Source of the DNA: a virus | Lineage: Duplodnaviria > Caudoviricetes | DNA length: 64,000 nucleotides | Virus record (IMG/VR): IMGVR_UViG_3300037312_000330 | Coordinates: 96,001-160,000 of that record | Reading direction: 5' to 3' (one strand) | In this document: piece after piece, positions 1-8,020 of the stretch | How positions within the stretch are numbered: the first letter of the stretch is position 1 | How the letters are laid out: the number at the start of each line of letters is the position of its first letter | Made by a program: the position numbers and the translations under genes | The notes under the pieces: generated by a model | What the model was told of the DNA's origin: nothing | The model's database searches: none | What the model saw: only the letters and a program-made list of their open reading frames with translations

Positions 1-168
1 TGTCTCGTCCCCTGCTTCGGTGGTGTCCAGTACGGACCGGACACGGCTGCCGAACGTGAAGTTGGCAAGAACAGTTCCTACACGATGGGCCGTTCGCTCG
101 GCTACAAGTTGTCCACGGTGGACCGTGGTGTCAGCCTCGAAGGCTGTGAGTTCGTTCCCAGCGTCTAA
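1..168 (+). CDS. 3' end of hypothetical protein (truncated by window)
   Basis: Open frame 1 from base 1 to TAA 166-168; followed by SD of next gene. Confidence 0.6.
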   Translation, partial: CLVPCFGGVQYGPDTAAEREVGKNSSYTMGRSLGYKLSTVDRGVSLEGCEFVPSV

Positions 169-178
169 GGGGAGTGCG

Positions 179-481
179 ATGACCATCAAGAACTGCTCTG
201 CAGCACTTACTGTCATCGCACGCTTCGAAGTGGGCGAGATGATCGCCCACGCCGATGTACGTGCGTTCGGGGCACCCAGCGAATGTCACGCGCTCGTGAA
301 TCGTGGTTTACCCAAGCGGGCACGCACGATGAGGCGTCAAGTGCATGGTCTTACGCAACTGCCGTGGTTGGTGTTCCTCCGACGTCTAGGCAAGGAACAC
401 AATCTGTACCTCGACAGCCAGGACCACAAATGGGCGCGTGTTGTGAGCGAAACTGCCAACCGTTCTGGCTATCCTCTATAG
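179..481 (+). CDS. hypothetical protein
   Basis: ATG 179 after AAGGGGAG; in ORF 20..481. Confidence 0.65.
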   Translation: MTIKNCSAALTVIARFEVGEMIAHADVRAFGAPSECHALVNRGLPKRARTMRRQVHGLTQLPWLVFLRRLGKEHNLYLDSQDHKWARVVSETANRSGYPL

Positions 482-486
482 GTGGA

Positions 487-969
487 ATGATGGACCTCGA
501 TTCTCTGGCACAAGATCTGTGGGCTATCACGGCCAAGACCTTGCGTATCCACGGTGAGATCAGCAATCCAATCATCGTCTTCTTCGACACCAAGTTGAAG
601 ACGCTGCAGATGATAGAAGCCCCCGAACGCCGTGACCTAACGCGCTTGATCGTCAAAGAGTTGATCGCAAAGTTCAACTACGATGTCGTCGCAATGATAT
701 CGGAAGCGTTCTACCGTCAACTGCCAGAGGGTATGCAAGCTTCCGAAGTTGATGTGTTCCTGAATTCTGGCGGACGGGAGCAGATCAAGCCCCTCGATGT
801 TGCTGTCATTCGAATCATTACGATAACTGAGCAGCGCACGCAGGTCAAACGTGTAGTGCGTGATGGCAAAGGTCGTGCAAAGTTGCACGATCTCGAGAAT
901 CCTTTCGATGGAAGTGTCTTCTATGACGCGAACCTCGAAGGAGTGTTCGACACCACCAAACCTCACTAA
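487..969 (+). CDS. hypothetical protein
   Basis: ATG 487 (MMDLDSLA) directly after previous stop; in ORF 283..969. Confidence 0.7.
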   Translation: MMDLDSLAQDLWAITAKTLRIHGEISNPIIVFFDTKLKTLQMIEAPERRDLTRLIVKELIAKFNYDVVAMISEAFYRQLPEGMQASEVDVFLNSGGREQIKPLDVAVIRIITITEQRTQVKRVVRDGKGRAKLHDLENPFDGSVFYDANLEGVFDTTKPH

Positions 970-1020
970 TGGTGTGTCGCTTTCAACAACCCGATGCCTT
1001 GATGGCAAGGAGGTGAGATC

Positions 1021-1509
1021 ATGAGTGCAATCCTTAGCAAAGAAGAAGGCAAGTGCAAGTGGTTCTCGCTATGCGATAATGAAGCAATAACCGAGCTGCC
1101 GCATCCAGTGCTCGGTCTGGTCCCGATCTGTGATCGCTGCCTTGCCAAGACCATGTCGATGACCGAATGGCTCGACTACGAGGGTCCCTTCACAGCACCT
1201 ATGATCCTCTACAAGTTGGTGGCGGATCACAACGTGGGCGTCGATGACCTCCATCAAGCCAAGGAGCCGTTCCACGCTGGCGAACTGTGGAACCTTGACA
1301 TGGGCGAACTCCTCGCTATCCAAGGCGTTTGGAAAGAAGTGAAACTCGATGATCCGCGTGCGCCTGATTGGCGTGCATTGAATATCAGCGACCACATCCT
1401 CAACAACAAGAACGGTGTACGCTACATCGACGACTACATGGTCATCCAAGGCGACGACGGTGACGCAACGGTGTTCTGGGTCTTCAAGAAGGAGGTTAAG
1501 AAAGTCTAA
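1021..1509 (+). CDS. hypothetical protein, N-terminal Cys/His cluster (CKWFSLC..HPVLG..CDRC)
   Basis: Strong SD AAGGAGGTG; ORF track. Confidence 0.75.
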   Translation: MSAILSKEEGKCKWFSLCDNEAITELPHPVLGLVPICDRCLAKTMSMTEWLDYEGPFTAPMILYKLVADHNVGVDDLHQAKEPFHAGELWNLDMGELLAIQGVWKEVKLDDPRAPDWRALNISDHILNNKNGVRYIDDYMVIQGDDGDATVFWVFKKEVKKV

Positions 1510-1548
1510 GTTACGCTGGAGTTTTCCACAATCTGTTAGGAGGTTTCC

Positions 1549-1818
1549 ATGGCAAATGCCAAGAAACGTGTCCGTATCCCCGTGCGTGTCGTCGTCCCAA
1601 ATGTGCGTATCGCAAAGGGAATGGTGCAGAAAGTCATCTTCCTGCACAAGAAGGCTAAACATCGCTTCGTTGCCAAGACCCGCGGCTGTCCACCGATCCG
1701 CGTGGAGTTCCACGAAGACGACAGGAAGTTCCACGCCGGCCTCGGCGCTGTGGACGTCAAGGACAAGATGGCAAAGCGTGCCTTCGCAAAAGCAGTCCGC
1801 CACTTGTGGGCGGTCTGA
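1549..1818 (+). CDS. small basic hypothetical protein
   Basis: SD AGGAGGT; ORF track. Confidence 0.75.
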   Translation: MANAKKRVRIPVRVVVPNVRIAKGMVQKVIFLHKKAKHRFVAKTRGCPPIRVEFHEDDRKFHAGLGAVDVKDKMAKRAFAKAVRHLWAV

Positions 1819-1880
1819 CATCTGAGATCTGTCAGATTACAGTCCGTCGGCCAGCGAGTCTGGCCTTCGGAGTGTGATTT

Positions 1881-1985
1881 GCTAGTCCGTTTTCGGTATG
1901 CTGACTTCCACCGACCTACGGTCTCCTGGCGGTGAAGCTTATCAGCAGATACCCCGAGCCGAAGGGAGGGACTAGCTCTTTTCTG
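1881..1985 (+). ncRNA. candidate structured RNA (long rod hairpin followed by U-tract)
   Basis: GCTAGTCC 1881-88 pairs GGACTAGC 1969-76; nested TCGG/CCGA, GCTGA/TCAGC, CTTC-ACCG/CGGT-GAAG; TCTTTTCT follows; intergenic. Confidence 0.4.
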
Positions 1986-2015
1986 TGTGTTGGACTTAAC
2001 GTAGAGGAGAACGTA

Positions 2016-2258
2016 ATGGCAATGCGTGAAGGTGTCGAGATCAAGCATATCTCGTGGTTCGTGTGGGGAGCATTGGCTGAATGGGCCAAGAATGTCGAAA
2101 TCGAACTCCGACAAGAATTCGTCGATTCAACGACGGCCATCGTCCTGGCCTATGTGCGCGGCGAACGCCTTTACCTGGACGGCAGCCTGCACGACATGCA
2201 GTGCGTGATCGCCAGCGAAGCGAAGAAGCTCTTCTCGATAGGAGGCCTCCGTGGCTAA
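2016..2258 (+). CDS. hypothetical protein
   Basis: ATG 2016 after GAGGAG. Confidence 0.7.
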   Translation: MAMREGVEIKHISWFVWGALAEWAKNVEIELRQEFVDSTTAIVLAYVRGERLYLDGSLHDMQCVIASEAKKLFSIGGLRG

Positions 2259-2721
2259 GAAGGAACAAAATGTCGGACCGCGCACCGAACCTGCGCGCCG
2301 TGCCGCTATCTTGATGAACCGCATCAAGCATCGCCCCAAGTCGATCCCGATCCAGACCGAGAACGAAGTCGTGATCCAAGTGCGCGGCGACTTTGATCTT
2401 TTGGTCAAGAAGCTGCGCAAAGTCTTCAAGTCCAAAGGTAAGGACACCAGCCTCGGTGGTTTGCGAGAACACGACTGGAAACTCAAGGGATTGGGCTTCA
2501 TGCATGTCTACTGGCGGGAGGGCAATGCATTCAACAGTGTTCGTTTCATCAACGTGCCCGGTTTGGGCATCAAGGAGGAACCAGAAGAAACTAGCGACCC
2601 AACTTTGGACATCATCGCAACGGAAGCCAAGAACGCCGCGAAGGAGGGTCTTAAGAAAACTTTCGAAATACTTGGTATACAACCTGACGAGGAGGACCTC
2701 GATGCAGTTATTCTGGAATAG
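2251..2721 (+). CDS. hypothetical protein
   Basis: Overlaps previous stop; ORF track. Confidence 0.7.
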   Translation: MAKKEQNVGPRTEPARRAAILMNRIKHRPKSIPIQTENEVVIQVRGDFDLLVKKLRKVFKSKGKDTSLGGLREHDWKLKGLGFMHVYWREGNAFNSVRFINVPGLGIKEEPEETSDPTLDIIATEAKNAAKEGLKKTFEILGIQPDEEDLDAVILE

Positions 2722-2727
2722 AAGGAG

Positions 2728-2979
2728 ATGTGTGGGATGATTGCCCCACGTCGATTGAGGGTGCGTTCGTTTATGGGAGCAGTAACGCGTCTTCATGATG
2801 ACAAGAGATGGGTGGTGACGACGGTCACAGAATTCTCGACCACCTATAGGAGAAGGGGACGAGTGATACAAGTGAGTTGGGGCTCGAAGAGTGTCTACTA
2901 CTTCCGAGTCAACGCTCACCTGGAACCGCCTCCAATACCTCCAAAGCCTCCTTCTTCATTGGAAGAACGTCAAGGCTGA
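2728..2979 (+). CDS. hypothetical protein
   Basis: SD AAGGAG; ORF track. Confidence 0.55.
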   Translation: MCGMIAPRRLRVRSFMGAVTRLHDDKRWVVTTVTEFSTTYRRRGRVIQVSWGSKSVYYFRVNAHLEPPPIPPKPPSSLEERQG

Positions 2980-2995
2980 TCACACAACAGGTTCC

Positions 2996-3020
2996 GGGCC
3001 GCACCTGATCCAAGCGGCCC
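2996..3020 (+). terminator. GC-rich hairpin, possible terminator
   Basis: GGGCCGC 2996-3002 / GCGGCCC 3014-3020; no clear U-tract. Confidence 0.4.
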
Positions 3021-3052
3021 GCGTAAACGTAAAGTGAAAGGAGCCTGTCACC

Positions 3053-3142
3053 ATGGGCACGCGTATTCCATCACGCCCACAGCGCCTGAAACGTGCGCTC
3101 TTCGGGCAACAAGCCATCCCCTCCTACATGGAGGGTCACTGA
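3053..3142 (+). CDS. 29-aa small protein (MGTRIPSRPQRLKRALFGQQAIPSYMEGH)
   Basis: SD AAAGGAG; stop 1 nt before next ATG; below ORF-track cut-off. Confidence 0.5.
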   Translation: MGTRIPSRPQRLKRALFGQQAIPSYMEGH

Positions 3143-3143
3143 C

Positions 3144-3983
3144 ATGGCTATTCGTAAACCCCAAGATCCTGAGCGACACGCACTAGTTACCGAAGTCATG
3201 TCGCTGGACTCTGTTGCTGCCGCCGAACACCTGACTGGCAAGTCTGTGGACGTCAACGAAGCTTCTCGTGTTCTCGGTCTGGGGATCCAAATCAACAAGT
3301 CTTCATTGTTGCGCAAGATGCAGATCGAAGCCGGTGATTTCGTTTTTAGCGATACCTGGATTCGGCGAAAAGCGATTCTGGAACGCTGCGGATTCAAACC
3401 CATGTTCGCCGAAGGCTACATCTATCGACAACGATCGGCTCGTCTCGAGATCTGGCTCGAACAAAAACATGGACTCGTGTTCGTGCAGAACATCTGTGTA
3501 GATGAAGAAGGTGTGGAACGCCCTCTAGATCACGGACGTTGCGACTTCTCATGGATGGTCCACAACGGTGAAGACAAGTACCAAGCCATTGCGGGTATGC
3601 AACTGAGCGGCGGCTGGGAAAGTGTCAAGTATCCTAACTGGCGGACGATGGAAAGTCCTGATCCGAAGCAGATGTTCTTCCGTCCAGACGATCTCTACTT
3701 CCGCGGGTACGTCGAAGGCAACGGGATGATCCACAAGTTGCAATATCTACTGATCAAAGGTCAGTACATCAATCCGTGGCCCACTTGGGAACCGGGCAAA
3801 TACCCGCTCGCTACGTGGTACACCACGCCTGCGGAATATGATGAGGATGATCTTCATCCGAAACGTAGTCCGTGGGACCGTCTTGCTGCACACAGCAAGA
3901 AAAACATCGAACGTTTCGAGAGTTTTCCCGAAGAACTGCAACGTGTCATCAACGTGAAACCTGTTTGGAGGAACAAGAAATGA
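3144..3983 (+). CDS. hypothetical protein
   Basis: ATG 3144 after GGAGGG; in ORF 3093..3983. Confidence 0.8.
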   Translation: MAIRKPQDPERHALVTEVMSLDSVAAAEHLTGKSVDVNEASRVLGLGIQINKSSLLRKMQIEAGDFVFSDTWIRRKAILERCGFKPMFAEGYIYRQRSARLEIWLEQKHGLVFVQNICVDEEGVERPLDHGRCDFSWMVHNGEDKYQAIAGMQLSGGWESVKYPNWRTMESPDPKQMFFRPDDLYFRGYVEGNGMIHKLQYLLIKGQYINPWPTWEPGKYPLATWYTTPAEYDEDDLHPKRSPWDRLAAHSKKNIERFESFPEELQRVINVKPVWRNKK

Positions 3984-4050
3984 ATGAATTTCTCGCTTTC
4001 CCCACGCAAACCGCCTTCAAGATCTTTCATTCTTCCGAGGAGAACTGAAC

Positions 4051-5028
4051 ATGAGCAAAAATCATCTTTCCGACTGGCTGATCCACATCGGCGACCGTGT
4101 CGTCATGGACATGGACTCCGAGGCTCGGTCCTGGGGTCGCAAAGGGGTTCCCGACGGTACCCAAGGAACGGTCGTCGGCTTCCATCGCTGGACCGAATAC
4201 ATCGGCCGTGTGGACGGTTCCGAACGACGCATCGGCCGCTACATCAACAACAGCGGCTCGTTGATCGCATGGGACAACGGCGTCAATGACGAGTTCCCGA
4301 CGAGTTCCTACGACCTCGCGTTTGTCGAGAACCACGAGAAACTCTACGAGGAGCGCTGGAAGGACAAGTCTTATCAGGAAGCCTTCCGACATCGTTCCTG
4401 GGTCGGCGAACTCCCGGAGCTCCCGATCTGGGAATGGGACATCGTAGCTCCGACCAAGACGCTTCTCGATCGGGACTCGGAGATCGTCCAGCACTACGGT
4501 CCGTACTTCTTCGTGCGCCGTATCGACTACAACCAGATCGGAGAGAAACGCAGCGATGGTGTTACCCCGATGCCGATCTACCAGTGCAGCCCGGTGGGAC
4601 ACACGGGACCTACGTTCGCTCTCGACGAGACGGAAGTCAAGCTCCACGAGCGCGGCAACGTGTGGAAGTGGATGAACAACCGTCCGACGCTGAAGTTCGA
4701 GAACCTGCAGGAAGAGATCTCACTTCATTCGGCTCTCGGCCTACGGAAGCAGATCCAGAACCCGACTCTCGGCCACTATGGGTGGACTCTGAAACAGGTG
4801 CTGCTTGCCATCTCGAACGGTGATGTCGACGCGTTCACGGTATGCAACGCATTCGACGCCTTCTTAGGCATACGTGAATCCGTGACGCCTGACAGCGATC
4901 GTCACTACGCGTACAAGTTCGAGGACGAAGACCTCGGACGGCGCGTGCGTGAGAAGACCATGGAGGGCTTCCACGACCTCGTGGCCAAGTATGTCGAACA
5001 GCGGAAGAAGGAGTCTGCAACCCAATGA
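4051..5028 (+). CDS. hypothetical protein
   Basis: 325-aa ORF, SD GAGGAG, strong C/G third-position bias. Confidence 0.85.
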   Translation: MSKNHLSDWLIHIGDRVVMDMDSEARSWGRKGVPDGTQGTVVGFHRWTEYIGRVDGSERRIGRYINNSGSLIAWDNGVNDEFPTSSYDLAFVENHEKLYEERWKDKSYQEAFRHRSWVGELPELPIWEWDIVAPTKTLLDRDSEIVQHYGPYFFVRRIDYNQIGEKRSDGVTPMPIYQCSPVGHTGPTFALDETEVKLHERGNVWKWMNNRPTLKFENLQEEISLHSALGLRKQIQNPTLGHYGWTLKQVLLAISNGDVDAFTVCNAFDAFLGIRESVTPDSDRHYAYKFEDEDLGRRVREKTMEGFHDLVAKYVEQRKKESATQ

Positions 5029-5480
5029 TCTCGTTCCAAGAACAGATGCAGCGTTGGGGAAACGTGGCTGACCGGTCACTTAGTCGATTCGAGCAGATGA
5101 CGATCGCGCGTCCGTTCGTATATAGCCCGTTCTTCGGGACGTGGAGTCGCATCCTCAAGCCTGTGATGCAGGGTCATCCACAAGGAATGATCCTGCTGAA
5201 TCTGACGCCGGAGACCTCCACCCTGCGCCAGATGAAGCTGTTCGTATCGGACAACCTGTTCCGACGCGAGGACAAGTTCGAACGTCAACTGCCGAACACT
5301 ATCATGGAACTTCTAGTCGCCAAGGTAGGACTCGAGCAAACGATGTTCATGACCGAGTGCGATCTGTGGCCGATGATCGATGTGGACAAGTTCGTGCAAG
5401 CCCGTCGTGGACGGAACCCGTTCGACGCGATTCCGTTCGCACTCGTACGTCTGGCAGGAACCGAAGGAATGCCTGCATGA
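5025..5480 (+). CDS. hypothetical protein
   Basis: ATGA overlap; ORF track. Confidence 0.75.
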   Translation: MISFQEQMQRWGNVADRSLSRFEQMTIARPFVYSPFFGTWSRILKPVMQGHPQGMILLNLTPETSTLRQMKLFVSDNLFRREDKFERQLPNTIMELLVAKVGLEQTMFMTECDLWPMIDVDKFVQARRGRNPFDAIPFALVRLAGTEGMPA

Positions 5481-5515
5481 ACGTCAAGGGTGGCTTTCTT
5501 TGAAGGACTAACAAC

Positions 5516-5827
5516 ATGGCACAAGCTGGATTCATGTTCACGAAACCGACCGCCAAGAAACGATTGTCAGACGCAGAGAGGGTCGATGAACTCGGCCTTC
5601 TCAAGGAGCATGTTGCTGAACTCGAGTCGAAGCTGAAGCGAAGAGGTTTGCTCGGCAAGACTGTCACGGGTCTCATGTTCGAGGCTCGCGTGTACGGTCG
5701 TCACACGACGAAGCTCAATCGCGCAAAGTTGTTGAAGCTGATCACGGAGGAGCAGCTCCACGGCTGCATGGTCACTTCGAAGGAAGAGAGCATCTGCTTG
5801 CGGGTGCAGCGCATCAAGCGGACCTGA
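5516..5827 (+). CDS. hypothetical protein
   Basis: SD GAAGGA; ORF track. Confidence 0.75.
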   Translation: MAQAGFMFTKPTAKKRLSDAERVDELGLLKEHVAELESKLKRRGLLGKTVTGLMFEARVYGRHTTKLNRAKLLKLITEEQLHGCMVTSKEESICLRVQRIKRT

Positions 5828-5835
5828 GTGCTGAC

Positions 5836-5870
5836 GGAGTCCTCCAGGTCTCCCCTCTGGGAGGACCTCC
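5836..5870 (+). terminator. hairpin upstream of promoter module 1
   Basis: GGTCTCCC 5847-54 / GGGAGGACC 5859-67. Confidence 0.45.
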
Positions 5871-5872
5871 GT

Positions 5873-5972
5873 TGCCTAATTTTTGTGCAGAAAGTTGCCT
5901 ATTTTTTAGGCAGGCGTACACGGATTCTATGGTACAATAAAGTACGGGCAATCCTGCCCGTGCTAACAACCT
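5873..5972 (+). promoter_or_regulatory. promoter module 1: two 17-bp palindromes, extended -10 TGGTACAAT, leader hairpin
   Basis: TGCCTA-N5-TGTGCA 5873-89; TGCCTA-N5-TAGGCA 5896-5912; TACAAT 5933-38; ACGGGCA/TGCCCGT hairpin; 32 bp identical to 14895-14926. Confidence 0.75.
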
Positions 5973-5980
5973 GTAAGGCA

Positions 5981-6205
5981 ATGGCAGCCAACACAATGCA
6001 ACGTGTGCGTTCCAGCTTGGAACTCTCCGATCGGATCTCGGCCGCATGTCACTTCTATGGTTGGAATCTCGACGATCTTCGCGCCGCATGGTACGCAGAC
6101 CCGAGCAATCCGGCTTTGGAAAAACGCTATCGGCGTCTCGCCCTACGTTGGAAGCGCGAGTCGCGTAGCTTGTGTGCAAAGGCAGACGCACTTCTCGCCA
6201 AGTGA
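5981..6205 (+). CDS. hypothetical protein, first gene after promoter module 1
   Basis: ATG 5981 (or 5996) after TAAGG. Confidence 0.65.
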   Translation: MAANTMQRVRSSLELSDRISAACHFYGWNLDDLRAAWYADPSNPALEKRYRRLALRWKRESRSLCAKADALLAK

Positions 6206-6275
6206 TCCAGCAGCGTGCAGGAGTTCCGGCTTGCACGCTTTCATCAACGGCCCATTAGGTCAACAAGGAAACGTC

Positions 6276-6578
6276 ATGAAAACTTTGCAGCTCTACATGC
6301 ATACCAACAAGGCGATCAGCCGCGGCGAGCCAGCGGATCGTGTCTTTCTTGTCGTCAAGCGTGATGGCAAGTTCCTCATCGCATGGAAATGCACGCTCAT
6401 GCCGAACGGTTTGAAACACCCAGCGTTCAAAAGTTCGCTTGCGTTCGAGGACATCCAGAATGGGACGATCGAACACGGCAAGAACGACTCGCACCCTTCG
6501 GCGATGTTCCGCCCGGATTCTCTCTACCGCAAAGTTACTGTTGCACAGCTTCGCCATGAAGCTTCCAAAAAGGCATGA
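6276..6578 (+). CDS. hypothetical protein
   Basis: ATG 6276 after AAGGA. Confidence 0.7.
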   Translation: MKTLQLYMHTNKAISRGEPADRVFLVVKRDGKFLIAWKCTLMPNGLKHPAFKSSLAFEDIQNGTIEHGKNDSHPSAMFRPDSLYRKVTVAQLRHEASKKA

Positions 6579-6929
6579 ATGATGCAGATGCTGTTCGACA
6601 ACGATAACTTTGCCGTCGTCTATGTGGACGCCAATGCTCAAGCTCGCGAAGCTGCCGTGGAGCACAACGCAGTTGCAGACTCAGTGCACTCTCTGCATTC
6701 ACGCAAGTCCGTGCGTCACATCCCGCTCCGGGAAATTCCGGAGGAGCGCCATTGCTACGAGATCGTTGACAAACGCAACAACAAGGAAGTGATGCTCCAC
6801 GGTTCGTGGGCCGCTGCCTTCGCGAAGCAAATTGAACACTGGCACCAGGAAACTCCGACTGAGGAAGAAGTCGAAGAAGTGCTGGACAGCTTTGCGTTCT
6901 TCGCTCAACTGCCGATGGTGGTCCACTGA
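6579..6929 (+). CDS. DUF3567 / BTH_I0359-family protein
   Basis: MQMLFDNDNFAVV...YEIVDKRNNKEV.L.GSWA..F..QI..W...TPTEEEVEEVL...LPMVVH matches this betaproteobacterial family as recalled. Confidence 0.75.
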   Translation: MMQMLFDNDNFAVVYVDANAQAREAAVEHNAVADSVHSLHSRKSVRHIPLREIPEERHCYEIVDKRNNKEVMLHGSWAAAFAKQIEHWHQETPTEEEVEEVLDSFAFFAQLPMVVH

Positions 6930-7534
6930 TGGCACGCTCCGCACAAGAGAAGGCGGAGCTTTGCCGCGAGTTCATTCTCTCGGAGAGCCCGCGCTGGCTT
7001 CTGCATCCGACGGTGGTTCGTAAACTTGGGCTCCGTCGCGTGATGATCCTGTCAGACCGGCTGATGCGCCGCAATCGTGGCTATGCCACGCACGAAGGCG
7101 ACATCATGCTCAGCCTGGAATTGGCTCGCTTCCGTAGCGCCAGTCCATACACGACTCCGAAGGGTAAGGCAGACATTAGCCCCGTCGGCGTGTTTGCACA
7201 CGAGTTCGGCCACATCCTCGATTTCGCCGTGCACAAGAAGTTCGGCCACAAGGCGAACAGCCCGACTTGGGTATGGTACGACATCCACAGCAAGTTGCGT
7301 CGTCACGGCATCACAAGCTACGCACGCACTTGTGCTGGCGAAGACTTCGCCGAGGCCCACCGTCTGTTCGTGTTGAATCGCAAGCTACTGAAGGAGCTGA
7401 GCCCTGAGCGTTTCTCCCACATGAAGCAAATGTACAAGATGCTCCTTGGCACCGAACATCCGCACAAGGTGTTCACCATGTCGGCACACGAATTCGAGTG
7501 CCAATTCAACAAGTTCTACATCCACGCCGTATGA
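6929..7534 (+). CDS. putative zincin metallopeptidase
   Basis: HEFGH zinc motif plus downstream TSYA...EDFAE third-ligand motif. Confidence 0.7.
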   Translation: MARSAQEKAELCREFILSESPRWLLHPTVVRKLGLRRVMILSDRLMRRNRGYATHEGDIMLSLELARFRSASPYTTPKGKADISPVGVFAHEFGHILDFAVHKKFGHKANSPTWVWYDIHSKLRRHGITSYARTCAGEDFAEAHRLFVLNRKLLKELSPERFSHMKQMYKMLLGTEHPHKVFTMSAHEFECQFNKFYIHAV

Positions 7535-7656
7535 AAACTTTACTCGTTCTTCTCGGCAAGGCGTTCCTGTTCTTCCTGATCGTTGGCCTGCTCGCAGGCT
7601 TTCTAGTCGGGTGGTTCTGGGCGCGTCGCCATTATCGGAAGATGTACCATGCCTAG
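7531..7656 (+). CDS. 41-aa single-pass membrane protein
   Basis: MKTLLVLLGKAFLFFLIVGLLAGFLVGWFWARRHYRKMYHA; overlaps neighbours. Confidence 0.6.
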   Translation: MKTLLVLLGKAFLFFLIVGLLAGFLVGWFWARRHYRKMYHA

Positions 7657-8020
7657 GTGGTACTTTGGTCGAATACGAGAACAGCCGATCGGTCCGTTCG
7701 ATGGTGGTGAACGGATCGTGATCGGCGAATCCACTTTGAAGTTCTCTCGCCCTGACATGGGGAAAGGTTGGTGGATCCTTTCCCTCTACCACAATAAGGC
7801 TCTTCTCGTGGCCGACGGTCATCCGAGTATGGGTAAGGGCCTACGCAGAATCGTGCGTCGCGAGGAAGTTGTTCCGCCTGAGAAGCAGGAACGTTGCACC
7901 GAACGCGCCAAATCGCTGTTGCCCGACAGTGCGTACACGCCGAAGAACAGGAAGAGGCACACCTACTTCTTCGGTGGACGTCCAACCAAAAACGTAGAAA
8001 CGGAATGGAGATATGAGTAA
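7649..8020 (+). CDS. hypothetical protein
   Basis: ORF track; overlaps neighbours. Confidence 0.7.
   Translation: MPRWYFGRIREQPIGPFDGGERIVIGESTLKFSRPDMGKGWWILSLYHNKALLVADGHPSMGKGLRRIVRREEVVPPEKQERCTERAKSLLPDSAYTPKNRKRHTYFFGGRPTKNVETEWRYE

Noticed and set aside
1881-1976. SRP (4.5S) RNA or tRNA identity for the rod hairpin
   Set aside because: No CAGG-stem-GNRA-stem-AGCA domain IV on either strand and no cloverleaf or T-loop
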